Of a stretch of DNA of 64,000 bases, positions 55,928 to 64,000 are shown piece after piece. The translations under genes were made by a program, and so were the position numbers. The stretch covers positions 139,413 through 203,412 of the forward strand of contig JBDRYB010000001.1 in assembly GCA_039803205.1 (NCBI GenBank), read 5' to 3'. How positions within the stretch are numbered: the stretch's first letter is position 1; each line of letters starts with the position of its first letter. Under the pieces are notes generated by a model. The model did no database searches. It was not told the origin of the DNA and saw nothing but the letters and a program-made list of their open reading frames with translations. The DNA is from a candidate division WOR-3 bacterium (lineage in GTDB: Bacteria; Hydrothermota; Hydrothermia; JBDRYB01).

Positions 55928-57895
55928 ATGGAGATACTTCTGAGCCTGTTGGCCTTTGAGAGCATACATCACGCGCAGATGGCCGAACACGAAGCCTTGC
56001 CATACATACCACCAACCCAAACCATTCCACTGTCCGGAAAGCATCAGGTTGACAGGACGGTCTACGGGTTCTATCCGTATTGGATGGGGACCGCTTATCG
56101 GAGCCTTGACTACGATCTCCTCTCGCACATAGCCTGGTTCGCTGTTTCCGTGAACTCAACTGGAAACATAGGCACATGGAACAACTGGCCTGGAGGATGG
56201 GCAGAGCTCGTTGATAGCGCGCACGCCCATGGGATCAGGCTTCACATGACCGCAACCTGCTTTGATCCTGATGTAATAAGGAGCATAATAACGAGCTACA
56301 AGGCTTACTGCTCCCATGTCCTGGTTGAGGCCGCGCTTTCCGGCGGCGCTGATGGCATAAACATAGACTTTGAATTCCCATACTCCTCGGATTCCCTTCT
56401 ATTTCTGGATTTCATCAGAATACTCTCGGATTCCTGTAGGGCGAGAGGGCTTGAGCTTTGCCTTTGTGTTGGCGCGGTTAACTGGAACGGGAGGTTCCTG
56501 GTTGACCGGCTCGCCCCCCTCCTTGACGGGATATTCATAATGGGCTACGGATACTTTTGGTCAGGCTCCCCAACAACCGGGCCCGTCTCTCCACTCACAG
56601 GCTACACCTATAATGTGACGAACTCAATAACCTACTATGTCAACTACGCTGGCGGCCCTGAGAAGATAATAATAGGATTGCCTTACTACGGCTACAAATG
56701 GAAGGCAAATGGCCCGGACCCAGGGGATTCAACCCTTGCAACCGGGACTGCTATGACATACGCCAACGCGGCGGATGAGTCCGAGACATACGGCCTTCTC
56801 TGGCACTCCTATTCCCAGACCCCGTGGTATAGATACTACACAACCGCCTGGTATCAGACATGGTTTGACAACGATTCCTCTCTGGACCTCAAGTATGACC
56901 TTGCTATAGAAAGAGGGCTTCAGGGGGTTGGGATATGGGCACTTGGCTACGATGGGGATAGGCCGGAGCTCTGGGAGGAGCTGGAGGAGCACTTCTTCGT
57001 GGCTCGGATAAACGCGAGGGTGGGGCCTGATTCCTGCCTAATAACATGCTCAGTTGATCCCTCGGATTCGGTTGTCTGGCAGGGGAAGGTCGGCCCAGGG
57101 CCCTCCGAGGTCACCGTGAGGAGGCGAGCCACATACGATATAGCGTTTCAATCAAGCCCAAGATACAACTCAGCCTTTGCGGAAAACATAGCTGTGAGGA
57201 GGGACACAGCCATAGGAGAGATAACGCTTTCCGCCAGGGACACCGAGTATGTCATAGACGATCTCGATCCCGAGTGCTTTTTCTCAGGCGCATGGAGGCC
57301 ATCTGAATACATATCAGGCTACTGGGGGCTGGGATACAGGTGGGCAAAGGGGGGAGCGCCGGCCAGCGTCCTCTTCATCCCGGAGGCTATAACCCATGGG
57401 GTCTATCGGGTCTTTCTGAGATACACATCCGCGCCCAACAGGGCCGAAGATGTTCCGGTCAGGGTTCAGTATGCCGGCGGGGACACCGTTATCACGGTTG
57501 ATCAGACATCTGGCGGCGGAGATTGGTTTTATCTTGGAGAATTTGAACTCGCGCCGGGCAGTTATGTCCAGGTGAGCAACGCCTTCTCCGATACAACAAA
57601 GGTGGTTATCGCTGATGCTGTGTGTTTCAGTAGGGCTGGCGCTGGCACGGTTGACGCTGGCGAGGAGGCCCCGTTCTCCGCGGCATACGACCCGAAAACC
57701 AGGGCCTTTTTAGCGCAAAGCCCATTACCAGCGGCTCTCTCGCTCTACGATGTCTCAGGGAGGCTGATAAGACAAGAGGGGTTCTCGGGAAAGCTCGTTT
57801 TGGGCATGGGGGATCTTCCAAAAGGGATATATTTCGCCTGGATGAGGGCTCATCAGCCCGAGCGCTCTCTCGTGCTCAAGTGCGTGGTGCGGTAG
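55928..57895 (+). CDS. Secreted GH18 hydrolase with golvesin/CBM-like domain and CTD
   Basis: DGINIDFE, IMGY, GLPYYG, GVGIWALGYD; IDD..W..S..G.Y, NRA..V, VDQ..W..LG.F, VIADAV. Confidence 0.85.
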   Translation: MEILLSLLAFESIHHAQMAEHEALPYIPPTQTIPLSGKHQVDRTVYGFYPYWMGTAYRSLDYDLLSHIAWFAVSVNSTGNIGTWNNWPGGWAELVDSAHAHGIRLHMTATCFDPDVIRSIITSYKAYCSHVLVEAALSGGADGINIDFEFPYSSDSLLFLDFIRILSDSCRARGLELCLCVGAVNWNGRFLVDRLAPLLDGIFIMGYGYFWSGSPTTGPVSPLTGYTYNVTNSITYYVNYAGGPEKIIIGLPYYGYKWKANGPDPGDSTLATGTAMTYANAADESETYGLLWHSYSQTPWYRYYTTAWYQTWFDNDSSLDLKYDLAIERGLQGVGIWALGYDGDRPELWEELEEHFFVARINARVGPDSCLITCSVDPSDSVVWQGKVGPGPSEVTVRRRATYDIAFQSSPRYNSAFAENIAVRRDTAIGEITLSARDTEYVIDDLDPECFFSGAWRPSEYISGYWGLGYRWAKGGAPASVLFIPEAITHGVYRVFLRYTSAPNRAEDVPVRVQYAGGDTVITVDQTSGGGDWFYLGEFELAPGSYVQVSNAFSDTTKVVIADAVCFSRAGAGTVDAGEEAPFSAAYDPKTRAFLAQSPLPAALSLYDVSGRLIRQEGFSGKLVLGMGDLPKGIYFAWMRAHQPERSLVLKCVVR

Positions 57896-57921
57896 GGGAG
57901 ATCATTGCCCCAGTCCCTTGA

Positions 57922-58947
57922 GTGAAACGCGATGCCATTCTGGTTTATCCTTATGCGGTGGATAACTCCCAGCTCAAAAAGGTCAAGCGCGGGGTCCAAG
58001 TAGCCCTCGTAGTCTTCGGCTTGGTCGCCATAGGGGTCCTCTATCTCACGGTTGACCCAAAGTTGACCCTGGAAGCCCTGCGGAGTTCAAGGCCAATTGG
58101 GCTTTTGGTCGCGGCTGGGCTCTGGACCGCGTGGTTCCTGACTGATGGGCTGAGGACCCGCTACCTGGCGAAGACCCTGGGCCAGCGCCTGCCGTATTCA
58201 ACTGCTTTGGACATGATCTCCGCTGGCATGTTCCTCGCGGTAGTGACCCCGTTTCAGGTCTCTGGCCTGCCCTATCAGCTTTGGATATTCAAGCAGGACG
58301 GCGATATAGACCCTGGCCCAGGCACCGCGCTCATAGTTCTCAGGGGGCTTCTCATATACCTCTTTGTCTTCAGCACAGCGCCTTTCGCGCTCTGGGTTTT
58401 TGGGATAAAGGAGCAGTCCGGATTCTTCAAGGCGGTTCTCATCTACTTCCTGGTCATAGCCTCGGTCTTCTTCTTGGTGTTTCTTCTCTCGCTCATTAAT
58501 CCGGAGGCTCTGCCGAGGGTTATAAGATGGAAAAGGGCGCAGAAGCCGATCGCTGGTTTCGTTGGGCAAATGAAGGAGATGCGGAGGGCAATAGGCACCT
58601 TCTTCACAGCAAAGAGGCCTGGCCCCCTCCTTGCGACCATAGGCTTATCAATACTCTGCCTGCTATTTTTCTGGTCAACCGTGCCCGCAGTCCTCTGGTC
58701 TCTCGGCCTCAGCTTTGATCCGCTAAAAGCGTTTCTCCTACAGGCGCTTTTACAGGGCGCTTTGCTCTACTCGCCCACGCCCGGCGCGGCAGGAATAGCA
58801 GAGGGCGCCGGAGCGGCTGTCTTCTCGTCGCTTTGTCCAAAGCACCTTCTCGGTGTCTTTATCGTTCTCTGGCGGTTTTTCACGGTCTACATGACCGCTA
58901 TAGTCGGCGGGTTCTTCTTCTTCAGGAGAGCTGGGAGGATGAGGTGA
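57922..58947 (+). CDS. Lysylphosphatidylglycerol-synthase-TM (UPF0104, flippase-like) membrane protein
   Basis: VTPFQVSG.P.Q, PTPGAAGIAE, LWRFFT.Y; start may be GTG 57958. Confidence 0.75.
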   Translation: MKRDAILVYPYAVDNSQLKKVKRGVQVALVVFGLVAIGVLYLTVDPKLTLEALRSSRPIGLLVAAGLWTAWFLTDGLRTRYLAKTLGQRLPYSTALDMISAGMFLAVVTPFQVSGLPYQLWIFKQDGDIDPGPGTALIVLRGLLIYLFVFSTAPFALWVFGIKEQSGFFKAVLIYFLVIASVFFLVFLLSLINPEALPRVIRWKRAQKPIAGFVGQMKEMRRAIGTFFTAKRPGPLLATIGLSILCLLFFWSTVPAVLWSLGLSFDPLKAFLLQALLQGALLYSPTPGAAGIAEGAGAAVFSSLCPKHLLGVFIVLWRFFTVYMTAIVGGFFFFRRAGRMR

Positions 58948-59343
58948 GGCTACTATGGAAAACGGAGATTTGAGCCCATTTTCTGCACGAAAGAGTCTCA
59001 ATAAGAGAAATGTGTGGCATGGGAGCTCCTCACTCCACAAGGACTTCCTGGTTTTTCAAACGGATCGCGAGACCTGTTTCTACCCGGAAATTTCTTATCT
59101 TTTCGGCCTATGAAATCAGCACTCAGAGGGAGTTTCAGATTCATGCAGGATCTGGGTTGAACCCGTGACCCCACTAGGCCATTAACCCGCACCACATCAC
59201 CGATAACCTAATCCTACTGGTATATTTCCCCCCTGTTTTGGCCATAGCTTGGCCGAAAACCGGCATTTTTGGCCTCCGGAACCAAAAACCATCAATCCAG
59301 ATCTTCCCGATAAAATCAGAGAATTCCACATTTTAGCTCAGCT

Positions 59344-59395
59344 AAGTTCTTGGGCCATAGGAACTTGCACCGAACTCCTTGCCGGACAAGGACTT
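59344..59395. repeat. Two further copies of the N7 palindrome
   Basis: AAGTTCTT-N7-AGGAACTT at 59344; AACTCCTT-N7-AAGGACTT at 59373. Confidence 0.7.
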
Positions 59396-59484
59396 AGAAG
59401 GGGTTGAAAGGGGGGCGGGTGAGGGTTGGGTGAGATTAAACGTGAGCTCTATACTATGCACATGAACGAAAAAGGGAGAAGCTC

Positions 59485-61299
59485 ATGAGGGCTTTATCAG
59501 GGGCCTTAAATATTATAGCTCAAGCCATGGCCCAGGCACGAGATATAGGAAGGAGAGTTTGGAAGGTCTTGGAGTCTCTCATTAGGAAGATTAGGGGTCC
59601 AAAGAACGGAGAAAAGAATGAGGGTGAAAAGGTTGAGGCTACAAAGAACGGGGAAAAGAATGAGGGTGAAAAGGTTGAGGCTACAAAGAACGGGGAAAAG
59701 AATGAGGGTGAAGATATTAAACGCTTTCCTCTTTATCCAGTCTACTTTGGGAGGGACAGCGTGTATTTCTTTCAGTATTTCCTCGCCGATGCCAAAGATA
59801 GTCTGGACATAATGACATACAGTGTGACTCCTGAAGCGGTAAGAGAAGTTTTTGCAAAAATTGGTCAGGGACTCCGGATTAGAATGATTGCAAATAGGTT
59901 CTCCAACTATGGTGAGATCAGAAGATTTTTTGAGGAGGAGAAGAAATGTAATTTTGAGTGCAGAAGATGGTCTCGGTGTCACGCAAAAATGATTATTAAG
60001 GACCGCAAAGCCGTGCTTCTGGGATCATCAAACCTTACAGTAGGGTCTGTCTCATCCAGGGGTTACAATTTCGAAGCTGATGTAATCCTCGAAGAAAATA
60101 GGGATATAAGCATAGTTTTTGACGCTGTATGGGATAATGTTCTTGATAAATTAAGCGATAGGTTGCCCCAAGGATTGGGAAATGTGCTTTTGAGTTGTAA
60201 TAAATTCGGGATACCAGAAAGGTTGATGAAACATATAGAGACTTGCGAGAAGATGATAATAGCAGTTCCAGCACTCATGATTGATAGGAAGGTATTCGGA
60301 GCCGTGAGGGAATTGAACGAGAAAGCAGATATTAAGTATTATTTGACTTGGCCATCTAGAGCATCCAGGGAAAATATAAAAATTCTACATAAGATAATGG
60401 AGGATAGCACGAAGAGCCTAAAACCACGAGGTAGAAAAATATGTGAGCTTGAGCGCAAGAGCAGGAATATTCATGCTAAAATATACATATTTGACGAAAA
60501 TATCGCTTTAATTTCCTCAGTTAACATGAGTCTTGCCTCATGGACTGAGAATTTTGAGAGTGGAGTTTTAATAGAGGATCCTGAAATTATTAAAGGACTC
60601 ATTGAAGAACTGGATAAGTTACCTCGAAGATATGAGGATAATATTACTGTCGATGAAGGCGGTGGTAATGGTGGAGGTGGCCCAGAAGACGAGCAACCTG
60701 AAAGTGTTAGCATCTATTTTGAACCAGAGGGCAAGAAGTATATCCCAGATATTGACAGACTCTTTGAAAAATACCAGCAAGATGTGGGCTCCACTAGAGA
60801 AGAATCCCCTGAAGGTGAAACGAGTCGCCAACCTGAAAAGGGAGGGAAGAAGAAGCAGGACAAGAAAATTCAATCAAGTGAAGAAAAAAGCAAATCCCCG
60901 GGCAAATCCGATGGGATTATCAATGAAAATAATAAATCTAATAAATCGAAAGAAAATAATAAATCGAAACAGGAAGGCAATAAGATAGAAACAGGAGGGG
61001 GTGGATCAGAGTCAAATGGGGAAAGATGTACCAATGGGGCAGATGAAGAAAAGCCTATGCGGAGGAGAAGTAGAAGAAGGTATAAGCCGTCCATTAAACT
61101 CACAGAAGGAACCGGTAAAGTAACAGTTATAGTGGGAGAGGAACATAAACACCCCAGATCCATTGACTGGATAGATGAGTTCTGTAAGTCTAAAAATAAG
61201 GATGTAATCATCCGTTTCAGACGTAAAAGTCAAAATGTCAAGCGACAAGTAAGAGTGGCTAAAAGGGCATTATTGAAACGATTGGAGAAAGCATTCTGA
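59485..61299 (+). CDS. Phospholipase D-superfamily protein with two HKD domains (probable nuclease) and low-complexity tail
   Basis: HAKMIIKD..GSSNLT..NFE and HAKIYIFD..SSVNMS..NFE; AT-rich sequence. Confidence 0.8.
   Translation: MRALSGALNIIAQAMAQARDIGRRVWKVLESLIRKIRGPKNGEKNEGEKVEATKNGEKNEGEKVEATKNGEKNEGEDIKRFPLYPVYFGRDSVYFFQYFLADAKDSLDIMTYSVTPEAVREVFAKIGQGLRIRMIANRFSNYGEIRRFFEEEKKCNFECRRWSRCHAKMIIKDRKAVLLGSSNLTVGSVSSRGYNFEADVILEENRDISIVFDAVWDNVLDKLSDRLPQGLGNVLLSCNKFGIPERLMKHIETCEKMIIAVPALMIDRKVFGAVRELNEKADIKYYLTWPSRASRENIKILHKIMEDSTKSLKPRGRKICELERKSRNIHAKIYIFDENIALISSVNMSLASWTENFESGVLIEDPEIIKGLIEELDKLPRRYEDNITVDEGGGNGGGGPEDEQPESVSIYFEPEGKKYIPDIDRLFEKYQQDVGSTREESPEGETSRQPEKGGKKKQDKKIQSSEEKSKSPGKSDGIINENNKSNKSKENNKSKQEGNKIETGGGGSESNGERCTNGADEEKPMRRRSRRRYKPSIKLTEGTGKVTVIVGEEHKHPRSIDWIDEFCKSKNKDVIIRFRRKSQNVKRQVRVAKRALLKRLEKAF
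59600..59712 (+). repeat. 42-bp in-frame tandem repeat (KNGEKNEGEKVEAT), ~2.7 copies
   Basis: CAAAGAACGG at 59600, 59642 and 59684. Confidence 0.9.
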
Positions 61300-61535
61300 A
61301 ATCCTCTGCCAGGTTTCTATGAGGTCATAAAAATTTTCTAACCCCAGAACCAGGTTTTCATCCATGATAGCCTTGCCTATCCTCCTCGCAATCGTTCAAA
61401 ACAAATCAGTGGACTCGGCAAAGTTGATCGTCCGCGCGAAATCCATTATAATATTCGCATCCTCACGGGTGCGCCTACCCGCATAACCCATGAGGATGGC
61501 AACTAGGCGGTAAGGCTTGGCGACTTTCCTTGTTC

Positions 61536-63371
61536 TCACACCCTTCCCAGCCACCTTCGGATGCCCCACTCAGCCCCAAGCAGGAGGACGGGAAGGATGA
61601 GGAGCCAGGGCAAATCCAGGAATCTCAAAGGAGGCGACTGCGTTCTCATCCCTTCGATGAATCTCCGAATGTCCTCCGGCGAGCGCGCGATGAAACCGCC
61701 CGAGCCCTCTGAAAGCCCCCTCAGGAAATTCGTATCAACTCCCCAATCGTAGGCCTCGGCCGGCCAAGGAGACACGGAAAACCCGACCGTTTTGCTCCCG
61801 ACAACCTCCCCGCCCCTGTAGAAATCCACCCTCAAGGAGTGATCCCCTGGCTCTAGGGCCAACGGGCCGGACTGGAAAACCCCCGGCCCTATCTTCCTCA
61901 TGGGCTCTCTCCCTATCCTCGGCCATATATCCTCTGCTGGTGAGCCATCCGCGAGCCTCGCCTCCGCGTTCACGAAACCGGGCTGGCCGTAGTGGAGGTC
62001 CTCTGCCCAGGCTGAGAGCGCCAGCCCCTCTGAGAGGGCTTTTGAAACGAAATCGGAGAGTATCAACCTGTATAGCTCGCCCCCTGAGGCGTTGTTCTGG
62101 GCCCAGAGAGCTGGCGATGCCACATAGAGCACGCCCTCCCTCCTGAAGACAATGGGCCAGGCCCCTGCCGAAAGCATGACCTCCTGGGCCTGGTTCGTTG
62201 GGACCCTCCAGAACCTCGTTAGGGGGGGAATGCCCCTCAGAACGCTGTCCGGAATGGGGGAACCCGGCGCTGGGCTGAGGTAGATCCCATCGCCAGCGTA
62301 TTCCGAGGCACCCGGTATTCCCCAGGGGTCGGAACTCATGAAGACCAAGCAGGGGCTTTTGCCGAGATACCTTCCGAGCTCCCTCCTGGACCCTATGAGA
62401 ACGAGGGCATCCGCGTCTCCCTCCGGACCCCCTGAATCCCTCACGCTGTCCCCCACGAGCTCAGCCCACCTCCCCCCTGCCACCCGGACGAAGGACCTCA
62501 AGCTTATTCCAGGAACCCCCTCAAGCGCTCTCCTCACAGCACCGACATCCGGCCACGGCCCGTCGGCTATCAGGAAAACCTCAAAGCCCCCTTTCTCAAC
62601 AGCGATTGACCTCGTCCTCGCGTTGTCATCTGGCGGATCGCCCTGAACATCTGGGGAGAAACTCGCCCTTATTCTCGCGAGGCCAGGCTTCCTCACGCTC
62701 AGCATTAGCCCTATGAAACCGCTTCCCTCGGATAGGGAAAGGGCGCTGTCCTTGACTAACTCTCCGTTCACGGATACCCTCAGCCTCCCGCGCCAGTCTC
62801 CGCCCCTCAGAGCGAATCTCACGGTTAACGGGAATTCCTGGCCGAGATTGACATGTCTCGGCGCCTCAAGGCCCAAAACCGAGAGGTTGAAGGCCCTTCT
62901 CTTTGGGGGCAGTAGCGCGAGGACAGGGGCCTTTGGCTCCGGTTCGCTCGTCGCGTTGTGAAGCCCATCTGAGAGAAGGATGTATGCATCCGCTCCAAGT
63001 GAAAAGGGAAGGCTCAGATCCGTGTAATCCGATGAATCGACGGAGAGGGGCGTCTTCGGGTCCCGGATCAGCCTCCCTGAGACCCCAAGGAGGGATTTCT
63101 CGCCGGGGAGAGAGCGAATCTCCCCGAGCAGGGAATCCTCCCAGGCCATAGCCTCCCCCATGCTCGGAGAGAGGTCAAGAACGACGAGAAGGTGCGGATA
63201 CTCGGCCTTGCCCGCGCCCAGCCTTGGATTGATGAGGAGGGCTATCAACATGGCAAAGGCCAAGGCCCTCATGAGGAGCAGATACCAAGGCCCACGCCTA
63301 TACAGGATGAACGAGGAGCCTATCCCTAGGATGAGGGAGAGAAGGAGGAGGGTCATGATGGTCTGGTTCAA
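61536..63371 (-). CDS. Membrane-anchored vWA-like + Ig-like protein (MoxR/BatA-partner type)
   Basis: N-terminal TMs, DLSPSM (MIDAS-like), LLSDG, DDN, L..LS..SGG, C-terminal EW..RR. Confidence 0.65.
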   Translation of the reverse strand: MNQTIMTLLLLSLILGIGSSFILYRRGPWYLLLMRALAFAMLIALLINPRLGAGKAEYPHLLVVLDLSPSMGEAMAWEDSLLGEIRSLPGEKSLLGVSGRLIRDPKTPLSVDSSDYTDLSLPFSLGADAYILLSDGLHNATSEPEPKAPVLALLPPKRRAFNLSVLGLEAPRHVNLGQEFPLTVRFALRGGDWRGRLRVSVNGELVKDSALSLSEGSGFIGLMLSVRKPGLARIRASFSPDVQGDPPDDNARTRSIAVEKGGFEVFLIADGPWPDVGAVRRALEGVPGISLRSFVRVAGGRWAELVGDSVRDSGGPEGDADALVLIGSRRELGRYLGKSPCLVFMSSDPWGIPGASEYAGDGIYLSPAPGSPIPDSVLRGIPPLTRFWRVPTNQAQEVMLSAGAWPIVFRREGVLYVASPALWAQNNASGGELYRLILSDFVSKALSEGLALSAWAEDLHYGQPGFVNAEARLADGSPAEDIWPRIGREPMRKIGPGVFQSGPLALEPGDHSLRVDFYRGGEVVGSKTVGFSVSPWPAEAYDWGVDTNFLRGLSEGSGGFIARSPEDIRRFIEGMRTQSPPLRFLDLPWLLILPVLLLGAEWGIRRWLGRV

Positions 63372-63682
63372 GCTTCGGGAGAAAAAATCCTCAGACCCAG
63401 CTCCTCAAACTTCTTGAAATCCTTGACATTATTTGTTACCAGGGGTATTCCCAGTTCCAGAGCGGTTGCGGCTATCCAGATGTCAGACCAGTGCTTGCGG
63501 GGCTTGAAGCCGGTTCTCTTAACAAGATGAATGGCCAAGGAAACAGCCCTGCGTATCAAGCTGGTAGATGAGTGATAGATTTCACATTTTGCCAGGAACT
63601 CCTTCCAGGTGGCAAGAAACTGGTGGCGGTTCTCGTCTGATTCCAACCAGAATTCTATCGTATCCAGCACTATAGCATTCAA
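63368..63682 (-). CDS. vapC: PIN-domain (VapC-like) protein, apparently shortened internally
   Basis: LDT..., SDIWIAATAL, LVTNNVKDF. Confidence 0.7.
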   Translation of the reverse strand: MNAIVLDTIEFWLESDENRHQFLATWKEFLAKCEIYHSSTSLIRRAVSLAIHLVKRTGFKPRKHWSDIWIAATALELGIPLVTNNVKDFKKFEELGLRIFSPEA

Positions 63683-63999
63683 CTCTCGTCCTCCTCGCTA
63701 CTTCCCCAAAGGATTTCTCTGATCTCTTGAAGTTGACTTTCGCTGGGCATATCAGGTATCATGCCCACGAATCTCTGGAAATCAGTGGGTTCAAGGTGTT
63801 CCTTGTCCTCCCAGGGAAAGAGCTCGGCCTCAGAGGCTATGGCCTCAATGCGAAAACGCAGTATCCTCTCCGTCTTCTTGTCTATCTCGGCAAAACCCTT
63901 TACCTTCACATTCCTCCTGAACGGGTGAAGGTGATGGTATACAGTTTCCTCAAGGGAAGGTGGATAAGAACACCTTATCTGACCGAGATGGGGGTTTAT
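63679..63999 (-). CDS. Hypothetical protein translationally coupled to the PIN gene; 5' end probably outside the window
   Basis: Frame has no stop from 63999 (INPHLGQIRCSYPPSLEETVYHHLHPFRRNVKVKG...); stop overlaps the PIN start. Confidence 0.55.
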   Translation of the reverse strand: MNPHLGQIRCSYPPSLEETVYHHLHPFRRNVKVKGFAEIDKKTERILRFRIEAIASEAELFPWEDKEHLEPTDFQRFVGMIPDMPSESQLQEIREILWGSSEEDES

Positions 64000-64000
64000 C

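Noticed and set aside
8059..63371. MoxR and the vWA-like gene as one operon
   Set aside because: They are over 50 kb apart, so a partnership is plausible but not supported by position
1..64000. Numerous 60-240 aa antisense or overlapping ORFs; tRNA/rRNA genes; transposases
   Set aside because: The overlapping ORFs are shadows of well-supported genes, and I recognised no tRNA, rRNA or transposase signatures

Overview
64 kb of a diderm bacterium with mid-to-high GC. Many secreted proteins carry T9SS-type-A-like C-terminal domains (CTDs), and there are two TonB receptors. This fits an FCB-related lineage such as candidate phylum WOR-3 (inference). Housekeeping genes (queD, metG, an S41 protease, a MoxR ATPase, acyl-CoA dehydrogenase, rimI, a saccharopine-dehydrogenase-family enzyme, hup) alternate with envelope genes, including three GT-C glycosyltransferases and a cobalamin-riboswitch-controlled btuB/btuG-like pair. 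The main structure occurs twice: an array of ~500-aa secreted beta-propeller paralogs on the minus strand, a divergent TPR + SARP-type (wHTH-BTAD) regulator, and a convergent secreted M1 aminopeptidase (10.5-23.7 kb and 41.8-53.7 kb). Array promoters have no -35. Instead they carry 11-bp-periodic direct repeats about 8-10 bp upstream of the -10, which is SARP geometry, and the repeat sequence differs by locus. Four intergenic hairpins in the arrays display an anti-Shine-Dalgarno loop (GCACCUCC, GCACCUCU in one). Window-wide patterns are ultra-short, mostly uncharged signal peptides, strong enrichment of D-(S/T)-hydrophobic sequons in exported proteins, leaderless housekeeping genes with 18-bp promoter spacers, five copies of an AAGTCCTT-N7-AAGGACTT-type palindrome, a 109-bp tandem repeat, and an AT-rich double-HKD PLD gene. 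All calls were made by eye from motifs and no database searches were run.
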